From positions 1 to 64,000 of the IMG/VR virus record IMGVR_UViG_3300022188_000006: a DNA stretch of 64,000 bases; one strand, written 5' to 3'. Origin of the DNA: a virus. Below are positions 56,519 to 64,000 of the stretch, piece after piece (the stretch's first letter is position 1; the number at the start of each line of letters is the position of its first letter). The position numbers and the translations under genes were made by a program. The notes below the pieces were generated by a model. That model did not search any database and had not been told where the DNA came from. It saw only the letters and a program-made list of their open reading frames with translations.

Positions 56519-58005
56519 AGATTCCTCACCGCCACAAGGTTCGCCGGACCTTCCACGTCTTCATTGCGCGTACCAACATCCCAGGACGTATCGGTATCCT
56601 CTGCCTCTATCCTGTAAGTATAAACCTGACCGTTTTGGGGAATTGGCACCTCCAAGTCTGACCTCCGGTTCGTAGTGTTGTCAGCGCTATCATCAAAAAA
56701 CGGGGTAGCCTTGTCAATCAGCACCGAATTCACTTTGACACATCGACTTGGGTCAAAGTCAGCACCATCGCATCTATAGACGTTGTACCCGTCCGTGTTT
56801 AGGTCGCTGCTGGCTGGGAATCCGCTCCAGCTGAGGTAGACCTTACGGTCCCCAAGCGCCACCTGCGGCTCCTGAGGAACAGAAGGTATCGTCTCCAGCA
56901 TCACGCTCGCAGCAAAGGAGGAATTCTCCGGCGACTCGTCGTCGACAGCGAACAAGTAGAACGTCCAGCTCTCACCATTGGCAGATGGTGGCATAAGCTC
57001 GGTGATTGACGTGGCTGTGGGAGAAATGTCTCTGGACACCGCTTTGTAGCCAGCATGATGTGTAACCGCGTCCAAAGTGACCCTTGAGTGCCCTTCGGTT
57101 GGAGTAACCGGGTGGTCACCAGAGACGCGGTACAGCTCATAGTGATGCAAATCGCTCAGAAGCACACCGTAGATGACAAACACATCACTGCCTGCAGCGA
57201 ATGCGCCGTTTTCCAGCGTCAACTTGCCGGCCGTATAATCGACTGAATAGTCGACGTCCCGTGTCTTTTGGTTCACCGAAACCGTCTTGACGGTAGAACC
57301 AGCAGGAAACTCGTCCCGGAAATTACAACGGGTTTCCAACCGCAGCTCGCTTACCCCCTCGCTGAGCAGACGATAGTACGCTTTCCTTGCCCCGTCGGCA
57401 ACTTCGACAATCTGACCCACGTGAAATCCGTTCGAGTCAGCAACCTCGATCAGATCTTGTGTCCTGCTGAAAGGACGTACAAGCGTGGTATCTCCGCCAA
57501 ATGGATCGTAGCCAGTAATCTCGAACACCGTCTCCGACTCGCTCTCAAGATGGTTGTTGCGCGCCACCAGCGTCTGATACGTACCAGATGCCTGACCAAG
57601 GTAATCACCCATCTGTTCATTCAGAGTCACAGTATCCCAGCGAACCGTGATAAGCGTCTGACCTCGTGATACGGCCGTCTCCTGAACAGCAGAAATTGTC
57701 GTCATCCTGGGAATCGCCGGCGCTAGAGCATCCTGCCAGACAACCGGTACATAGCTGATGTAAAGCTCAAAATCCTGTTTTGTAATCTCAAGGTTCCCGT
57801 CCTTGACAAGCGCCGTTCCCGTGGAGTTTTCTCCAAGCGTCAAGGCAGCAGTATACAGAACCGTCTCTATCTCGCTGTCCGTTTGGCGCAGCGTCGCACC
57901 TTCAGACACGAATATGCGGTCGTGCGTACTCGGCGAATTGTCGTAAAGGGTAGACGCCAAGAATGCGTCGACAGTAGTATCAGATGTGATGTCAAAGTCA
58001 GACAT
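56515..58005 (-). CDS. FN3-domain virion protein
   Basis: HYELYR, FYLFAVD, GYNVYR, YTYRIEAED. Confidence 0.7.
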   Translation of the reverse strand: MSDFDITSDTTVDAFLASTLYDNSPSTHDRIFVSEGATLRQTDSEIETVLYTAALTLGENSTGTALVKDGNLEITKQDFELYISYVPVVWQDALAPAIPRMTTISAVQETAVSRGQTLITVRWDTVTLNEQMGDYLGQASGTYQTLVARNNHLESESETVFEITGYDPFGGDTTLVRPFSRTQDLIEVADSNGFHVGQIVEVADGARKAYYRLLSEGVSELRLETRCNFRDEFPAGSTVKTVSVNQKTRDVDYSVDYTAGKLTLENGAFAAGSDVFVIYGVLLSDLHHYELYRVSGDHPVTPTEGHSRVTLDAVTHHAGYKAVSRDISPTATSITELMPPSANGESWTFYLFAVDDESPENSSFAASVMLETIPSVPQEPQVALGDRKVYLSWSGFPASSDLNTDGYNVYRCDGADFDPSRCVKVNSVLIDKATPFFDDSADNTTNRRSDLEVPIPQNGQVYTYRIEAEDTDTSWDVGTRNEDVEGPANLVAVRNL

Positions 58006-59114
58006 CAGAGCAACCTCGCCATGCCTTCTTCCATCTTTTTCACCGCATCTTCGATCTTGAACCCCTCAGCCAATCGCCTAGACTCTTTCCGCATCTCTTG
58101 TCTCTTGCGCTCGTCCTTCCAGGCCGCGTAGATGTTCCTGAGGGCAGCGTCAACTTCGTATGGGTCCTCCATGCGGCAGTGAAAAAGTGCGCCGCGCGCA
58201 CCATGTCTAGCTAGAACAGGGCAACCGCAGGCAGCCGCCTCAAGCACAGTCCTGGTATCGTCGCAGGACGGCGTGATTAGTAGGTCTGCGGTGCGATGCA
58301 CAGAGGCGATATCCCCGTGTACCGTATGGAGGTCTCCAATGGTATGTCTCAGCTCGTCACTCACCCCGTGTAAAATTGAGTTCCACGGATGCCGCAAATC
58401 AGTAATTTCGTCCTTCGGAACAGCATACAGATGTATACGTGAGCCGGTCTCTCTGCAGAATTTCCGTGCGCCATGCAATATCTGGAATGGATCCTTGAAG
58501 GCCGTGTATCTCCAATGATCCGCGAAGGTGATGTTCATGCCGCCAGAATCAGCCGGTTTCAGGTACTTGGTCTTCTCGCCGTTCGGAACGAACTTTGCCA
58601 GGTCACAGAAATGGTTGGCCAGCACGACGCCATGGAAGTACGGCTCCAAAAACGGAACGTGTCTCTCCCATAACGTGATAGCTCCCTTCATCCATTTTTG
58701 TTTTCCGACAGTTGCCACCAAAGACCAAGGACCACCGAAAGGTGTTCTCTCTGCCCGCTCCTTCCTGACCGCTGGATCCGTCGAGACTTCTATCATCATC
58801 TGCGAATAGAATATGTATTCCGGAAGTCCATGCGCGAAGTAGAATGTGGGTCTTGTCCCCTCAACCTTCGTCGGGATACCAGTATGTAGAATATGTACGT
58901 CTGCCTTGCCGGCCCATTTCATGCTGTCTATGGGAACACCGCGATCCTCTGTATCCATCACTGGATTGCCGGATCCTGTCACAATCCCGGTCACGTCGAC
59001 CAACCTGGCATCCCACTTCAGGTATTTATTTTGCGCCCATGCGACCTCTCTTGTTGTCTCGTAGAGGCCGCTTCGGGATGGCGCCACTTGAACGAAGTGC
59101 GCAATTTTAAGCAT
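58005..59114 (-). CDS. GT-B glycosyltransferase (GT4-like)
   Basis: P.RSGLYET, ADLLITPS, VLEAAACGCPV. Confidence 0.8.
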   Translation of the reverse strand: MLKIAHFVQVAPSRSGLYETTREVAWAQNKYLKWDARLVDVTGIVTGSGNPVMDTEDRGVPIDSMKWAGKADVHILHTGIPTKVEGTRPTFYFAHGLPEYIFYSQMMIEVSTDPAVRKERAERTPFGGPWSLVATVGKQKWMKGAITLWERHVPFLEPYFHGVVLANHFCDLAKFVPNGEKTKYLKPADSGGMNITFADHWRYTAFKDPFQILHGARKFCRETGSRIHLYAVPKDEITDLRHPWNSILHGVSDELRHTIGDLHTVHGDIASVHRTADLLITPSCDDTRTVLEAAACGCPVLARHGARGALFHCRMEDPYEVDAALRNIYAAWKDERKRQEMRKESRRLAEGFKIEDAVKKMEEGMARLL

Positions 59115-59397
59115 TAGTTTTCCTCACAGGGAATGTACCGACACGAAAATCATTTCCCTCCAGTAGCACACGGCCAACAGGCCACTCAACGGGCATCCCT
59201 TCAAGCCCCCCATCGCCTGTCAACGACGGCTTGAAAATAACCAGCTTCTCTGCACGTTCCTCCAGCTTCTTTTGCTGGGCATTGAAGGAATCCATTGCTA
59301 TTACACGGTCTTGGCTCTCGCGTATGAACCTGCACGTCATCAGCTTCTGACGCGCGCTCGTCTGTCCGACAACAGCGAAGTCAAAGGCGAAATCCAT
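59107..59397 (-). CDS. hypothetical protein
   Basis: Coupled to the glycosyltransferase. Confidence 0.55.
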   Translation of the reverse strand: MDFAFDFAVVGQTSARQKLMTCRFIRESQDRVIAMDSFNAQQKKLEERAEKLVIFKPSLTGDGGLEGMPVEWPVGRVLLEGNDFRVGTFPVRKTNA

Positions 59398-59413
59398 GTG
59401 TGTTCCGTCAAGT

Positions 59414-59440
59414 GTGGGGGCCGCTAAGCGCGGCCCCCAC
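59414..59440. other. strong GC hairpin (terminator or RNA-stability element)
   Basis: GTGGGGGCCGC-TAAGC-GCGGCCCCCAC; no long U tract. Confidence 0.55.
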
Positions 59441-59457
59441 TAACGGCCGCAATCTGC

Positions 59458-61596
59458 TCAGGACAACTTGTACGAAACGGAAATCGTGCTACCAAGCAGC
59501 CCGCGCAGGGTCAGGGTGTCAGAGGCGTTGCCGACCTGCCCGCAAAGCATGACTGTGAATGGCAGGCTCGCCATCTGCGTGCTGTCGACGTACTGACCGG
59601 AGCGCCACCTTGTCGTCTTGGTCGTCCCCTCGGAGACCGTGGTACCAGGAATGTCGGTGGCACCGGTAAGTGTAGCTGTGGAGCCAGCGATGACCGCCCA
59701 CTTGGAACTGCCGGTATTGGCGTCCATCTGGCCACTCCAACCGAGGTCGAACTCGCAGTCCTCGACGGTCTTGGTATTGCTCTCCGGAGCGTTGACAGTA
59801 ATGCTGGCGAGCACGGCCCACGAAGTGCTCTGAGTCGTGAGGGCGCTACCTTCGGTGTCATCGTTGCCACCATCGGCCAAAGCCGCGCTATTGTTCGTGA
59901 ATACGTAGGCGGTGAACTCAGCGCGCGCCACGGACAAACCGGCAGCGTTTGCCAGACTGTCGATCTTGCTATCGGTGGTGCTATGGGCAGTGGACACCTG
60001 TGTACCAACAGAATCAACGCGCGAATCGGTTGTACTGTGCGAAGTAGAAACTTCGCTGCCGACGCTATCCACCTTGGAATCCACAGTACTCACGGCCGAA
60101 CTCTGCACGACCAGACGCGAGTCGACAGTGCTGACATCGGTACCAACGCTGTCCACCTGCGTACCGACGCTGTCGGTCTTCGAGTCAACGGTGCTGACTT
60201 GCAGACCGACGCTATCAACCTTAGACTGCGTTACAGAGTCGCCGCTGGTACCACTGTTCGCCAGGCTGTCGATCTTGCTGTCAATGGTGCTATTCTGCAC
60301 ACCCAGCGAATCGGTCTTGCTGTCGACCGCGGAGACCTGCGTACCGACACTGTCCACCTTGGAATCGACCGTGCTGACCGCCGTGCTCTGCACGACCAAG
60401 CGCGAATCAACAGTGCTGACCTGGGTACCGACACTGCCAGTCTGGGTGCCAACGCTGTCGACCTTGGAGTCAACAGTGCTGACTGCGGTGCTCTGGACAA
60501 CAACCCGAGAATCGACAGTGCTGACCTGAGTGCCAACGCTGTCAACCTTGGATTCCACGGTGCTGACCTGAGTGCCAACACTGTCAATCCTGCTGCCAGT
60601 ATCAGGATCGGTGTCGACATAGGTCATGTACCGAGACTGAATAGACGCATTCGAATCCTCGGTGTAGGAACACTCGAAGAGGTACTCGCCCATCGGGTCG
60701 GTCGACGCGAAACTCACGTCGTAGTGGTATTGACCGACGCCATCACGGGTCATGGCCGCCGCATTTACTTTCTTCGTGGTAGCATCCGGCTCATAGACAT
60801 CGAGAGTCACGCTGTTCGAGTCCGGATCCTCAAGATTACCGGTGCTATCGTACAGACGGAAATGGACCCTGATAGTGTCGCTGCCACTGTCCGGAGCAAC
60901 CAACACGGACGGAATGACCACCCTTGCCGTAACGTTGTTGGCGATGGCGTCCACCGAACCCTGCAGTGTACTCATAGCCGCGCTGTGAACATCAGCCTTG
61001 CTGTCCACGGTCGACACCTGGCCACCAACACTGTCAACCTTAGAATCGACCGTGCTCACAGCCGTACTCTGCACCACAATCCTAGAATCAACGGTGCTGA
61101 CCTGGGTGCCGACACTGTCTGTCTTGGAATCGACAGTGCTGACCTGAGTACCAACGCTGCCGGTCTGCGTGCCTACGCTGTCAACCTTTGAATCAACCGT
61201 GCTGACAGCCGTACTCTGAACGTCGATCTTCGAGTCGACAGTGCTTACTTGTGTGCCAACGCTGTCAACCTTGGAGTTCGTTGTCGAGTTATTCCCGACA
61301 TCAACGGCCAAGCTGTCGATCTTGCTGTCCGTGGTACTGTGTGCAGACGAGACACCAGTGCCAACAGAATCTACCTTCGAATCAACAACCACCACACGCG
61401 AGTCAACGGTCGAAACCGCCGTGCTTTGCACGACCAACCGCGAATCCGCCTGTGAAGCGTCAACCCCTACACTATCGACTTTGGAATCAACAGATGAAAC
61501 AGCACTACTCTGTACGACAATTCGAGAATCAACAGCGCTCGTCTGAACACCGACACTGTCAATCCGCGAGCCGTTCAAGCGTTCACGAAAGCTCAT
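59458..61596 (-). CDS. Ser/Thr/Val/Asp-rich repeat fibre protein
   Basis: Dozens of STVDSKV/DSVGTQV heptads in two blocks around an Ig-like domain. Confidence 0.85.
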   Translation of the reverse strand: MSFRERLNGSRIDSVGVQTSAVDSRIVVQSSAVSSVDSKVDSVGVDASQADSRLVVQSTAVSTVDSRVVVVDSKVDSVGTGVSSAHSTTDSKIDSLAVDVGNNSTTNSKVDSVGTQVSTVDSKIDVQSTAVSTVDSKVDSVGTQTGSVGTQVSTVDSKTDSVGTQVSTVDSRIVVQSTAVSTVDSKVDSVGGQVSTVDSKADVHSAAMSTLQGSVDAIANNVTARVVIPSVLVAPDSGSDTIRVHFRLYDSTGNLEDPDSNSVTLDVYEPDATTKKVNAAAMTRDGVGQYHYDVSFASTDPMGEYLFECSYTEDSNASIQSRYMTYVDTDPDTGSRIDSVGTQVSTVESKVDSVGTQVSTVDSRVVVQSTAVSTVDSKVDSVGTQTGSVGTQVSTVDSRLVVQSTAVSTVDSKVDSVGTQVSAVDSKTDSLGVQNSTIDSKIDSLANSGTSGDSVTQSKVDSVGLQVSTVDSKTDSVGTQVDSVGTDVSTVDSRLVVQSSAVSTVDSKVDSVGSEVSTSHSTTDSRVDSVGTQVSTAHSTTDSKIDSLANAAGLSVARAEFTAYVFTNNSAALADGGNDDTEGSALTTQSTSWAVLASITVNAPESNTKTVEDCEFDLGWSGQMDANTGSSKWAVIAGSTATLTGATDIPGTTVSEGTTKTTRWRSGQYVDSTQMASLPFTVMLCGQVGNASDTLTLRGLLGSTISVSYKLS
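59940..61570. repeat. coding tandem repeats with a 21-nt base period
   Basis: Recurring gtgctgacctg / ctgtcaaccttgga units, interrupted at about 60600-60960. Confidence 0.8.
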
Positions 61597-61607
61597 TTAC
61601 GTTCCTC

Positions 61608-63353
61608 CTAGCTATTCACCACAACGTGTTTAAGCCCAAAATCACCTGAGTAGCTATCATTCACATCAGTGCCGAGGCGAGACAGCTTGCACTCGACTTC
61701 CACAGTGTTACTACTCACATGTCCCTCAGGGATTGTAAAAGCGGTCACTCGCGCCAGCTCATTAGCAGCCGTACTTGTTGGCAGGTCGAACGTCTGGCCG
61801 TAGGGCGTCCCGGCAGAGTACGATTCGCCATCGTTATGCACGACGTAGTCCAGCCTCAACCGGATGTTCTTGCCAGGGTCACTTGCGCTGAGCGCGTACA
61901 CAAGGTCAACAGTAACCCCTTTGGCAATCCTGAGAGCATTTGGTTGCAGCTTGAACAAGACTTCCGTGTCGGCGCCGTTCGGGAATCCAGCTCCGTCTTT
62001 GAAACCGAATACGTCAATATCGGCAATATACGGAGGATTGTCGCCTTCAAAGAAGTCTAGCTCAAGCTGGCCGATAATCGGCACGTTACCGGCAGCAATC
62101 TCGTCGATAGCCGCCTGGACGTTTGTACCGACCAACTTCGACACAACATTGTCGTAAGGGATCTCGGAAGCATCCGGAGAATAAGACACATTCTGCGGAT
62201 TGGCCCCTCCTACTAGCGAACCGGTCCCGAGATTTATCGGCAGTACTACCTTGACACTTCCGCTGCTATCCATCTTAATAGCAGCATTCGTTCCCGCATC
62301 TATCTGCTCGTGCGCCAGGAGGCCTCCGGATGTATCGGAGAACACAACCTGACCCAGCGCTCGGTGATAAAACGTTCTCAACGTCGAAGCATTGCGCACT
62401 CTTACAGCAACACCGGCAGCCGAAGCTGCCAAACTCTTCACGTTTGTGAAGTCAGCAGCACCAACGGCGATATCTACGGCCTCACCCGCACCGGCATTGG
62501 TGAACTCAACATTTGTGCCTAGCAGTACGCTACCGCCACCGAAGTTGGCGACATGGCAGCAGGCTTGCGCACTACTGTTCCTCATCGCACTTTCGGAAAT
62601 CAGCAGCCTCTGCGTATGCGGCCCTTTGAAATCCAAAGCATATCCAGCACTGCCCGCATCAACGTCGATACCACACCAGGACGCGGTGTTTTCCTCAAGC
62701 GTGCCTGCAGAAGCCGCCGAGAATTCCAGCTGGCCTTGGAGTAAGGTCATACCGCGACTGCCCTGGGCGACTGCAACGACAGCAACGCCAGGTGCTAGCG
62801 ATACATTCTCCGTATACGCTCCCGGCTTTACGAGCACCGTGGCAGGAGTCGTCATCGAGGCACCATCGGTCACAGCCTGGGTAATGGCTGCCTGAATACT
62901 CGAATATGGATCGCCCGTATCCTTTCCGACAACGTAGGCCAGTGACCCCATGCCCGAGATCATGGCCGCGATCTTCTGCGAACTCCAGAGCTTGATGGGC
63001 GACGTTGCGCTATCGTCGATTACTCTATGCTTTTCGGGCTCGTCATCACTCAGAAGCGAGTGACGGACATCGGCAAGGTCTGACAGTGAAGAACCGGTCT
63101 TTGCAACCCACGCCCAGGCAATTTGCCCCGGCCCGAGTACCAATGTACCTCCGCTCAGGTCGATGCTGCCGCCTGTTATGCTCACGTTGTCGCTGTCTTG
63201 AACAGCCAATGTTCCGAGATCGCCACGGCTGACCTTGATAACATTGCCGTCACTGTCAATGAGCCACAGGTTTTTGTCTTTGCAGAACAAAGTGGCAACA
63301 CCCGGGGCTGGCACTGCCGGAATTGGAGATTCTCTCAGTGTCAATCGCGTCAT
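61608..63353 (-). CDS. tail fibre/spike with beta-helix-like domain
   Basis: YSSIQAAI...VLVKPGAYTENV; NVQAAIDEI; C-domain similar to the C-terminus of 49579..52674. Confidence 0.75.
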   Translation of the reverse strand: MTRLTLRESPIPAVPAPGVATLFCKDKNLWLIDSDGNVIKVSRGDLGTLAVQDSDNVSITGGSIDLSGGTLVLGPGQIAWAWVAKTGSSLSDLADVRHSLLSDDEPEKHRVIDDSATSPIKLWSSQKIAAMISGMGSLAYVVGKDTGDPYSSIQAAITQAVTDGASMTTPATVLVKPGAYTENVSLAPGVAVVAVAQGSRGMTLLQGQLEFSAASAGTLEENTASWCGIDVDAGSAGYALDFKGPHTQRLLISESAMRNSSAQACCHVANFGGGSVLLGTNVEFTNAGAGEAVDIAVGAADFTNVKSLAASAAGVAVRVRNASTLRTFYHRALGQVVFSDTSGGLLAHEQIDAGTNAAIKMDSSGSVKVVLPINLGTGSLVGGANPQNVSYSPDASEIPYDNVVSKLVGTNVQAAIDEIAAGNVPIIGQLELDFFEGDNPPYIADIDVFGFKDGAGFPNGADTEVLFKLQPNALRIAKGVTVDLVYALSASDPGKNIRLRLDYVVHNDGESYSAGTPYGQTFDLPTSTAANELARVTAFTIPEGHVSSNTVEVECKLSRLGTDVNDSYSGDFGLKHVVVNS

Positions 63354-63370
63354 TTGCCTTCTTCCTTCCG

Positions 63371-64000
63371 TTACACGCAGCGCAACCGCGGGCCAACCCC
63401 ACCGACGGCAAAGATCAGATCCACGAGCCCCTTGATGAAAAACTCGCCAGCTAACAGCGAAACATTGGCCAACTTTGGACTAGTCCTAAACTTTACGAAA
63501 TCACCGGCCGCATTTGGGTTTGTCCCTGGTTTCATTAGGAATTTCAGGTTGCCATTTGTGCTAGCAAAAGCCGTCCCAACTGTACCGGTTCCCTGGAAAC
63601 CGCTTATGGAACCACTCACGCTGAATGTATTCGGTCCAGTCATAGAAACAGTCCATTCCTCGTCCACAGAATCAGGACCGATCTCCCACTCGTCCTCATC
63701 AAAGGTAGCCGAATCATCCTCCCAAACCTGAAACCTTGGCGCTGGTTGCCTCGTAAAATCCGTGAGATCGACATGGTCCACGCCATCCACGCCGTCGATT
63801 ACCGAGACGATGTCGCTGAGGTAAGCATCCTTGTCAAATCCTGTGTAGGGGCTCTCACCTTCGTCAAAGTAAGCGTCGATATGAGCCAGGACAGCATCCC
63901 GCACATCCGCCGCATTGAAGTTTGAGTAAATCGTCACGCTACCTTTGACATCAATCGGCTGATAGAGCGGATCAAAGACCTCAACACAGGTGCAAGCAGC
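63371..64000 (-). CDS. baseplate J-like protein, C-terminal part (runs off the window)
   Basis: YLSDIVSVIDGVDGVDHVDL. Confidence 0.75.
   Translation of the reverse strand, partial: AACTCVEVFDPLYQPIDVKGSVTIYSNFNAADVRDAVLAHIDAYFDEGESPYTGFDKDAYLSDIVSVIDGVDGVDHVDLTDFTRQPAPRFQVWEDDSATFDEDEWEIGPDSVDEEWTVSMTGPNTFSVSGSISGFQGTGTVGTAFASTNGNLKFLMKPGTNPNAAGDFVKFRTSPKLANVSLLAGEFFIKGLVDLIFAVGGVGPRLRCV

Noticed and set aside
59983-61191. 402-aa plus-strand ORF
   Set aside because: Antisense shadow of the repeat protein.
59458-61596. CRISPR array
   Set aside because: The repeats are degenerate, in-frame coding heptads without unique spacers; no cas genes.
1-64000. Stop-codon reassignment
   Set aside because: Genes are full length and tightly packed under the standard code, with TAA, TAG and TGA all used as stops.

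Overview
This window is a 64-kb segment of a large contractile-tailed (myovirus-like) bacteriophage or prophage, with almost every gene on the minus strand. Reading right to left in the direction of transcription: (1) 64000-49579 holds baseplate and tail genes (baseplate J C-terminus, P2 gpI-like and DUF6519-like proteins), a Ser/Thr-rich repeat fibre and a glycosyltransferase. (2) 49572-35739 is a receptor-binding array: nine copies of one fibre-tip domain with divergent C-termini, four mosaic near-identical 73-aa companion genes and two LamG-tipped fibres. (3) 35736-33770 encodes membrane/holin-like proteins and a stand-alone response-regulator receiver. (4) 33777-26124 is a tandem array of four HipA/PI3K-like kinases that share an N-terminal leader, interleaved with three small paralogous putative immunity genes and followed by a lipoprotein; this is the best candidate for an undescribed system. 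(5) 25693-2526 holds RNase HII, tRNA-Thr(UGU), a nucleotidyltransferase, an NDT-like protein, an IS607 element with a pro-Fanzor-type TnpB inserted just upstream of thyX, dNMP kinase, MoxR/VWA, RusA, a RecE-like nuclease, LRR proteins and several gene relics. (6) 1124-2466 is a plus-strand RHH + adenine methyltransferase island. All product calls come from motif recognition by eye; no database search was run.
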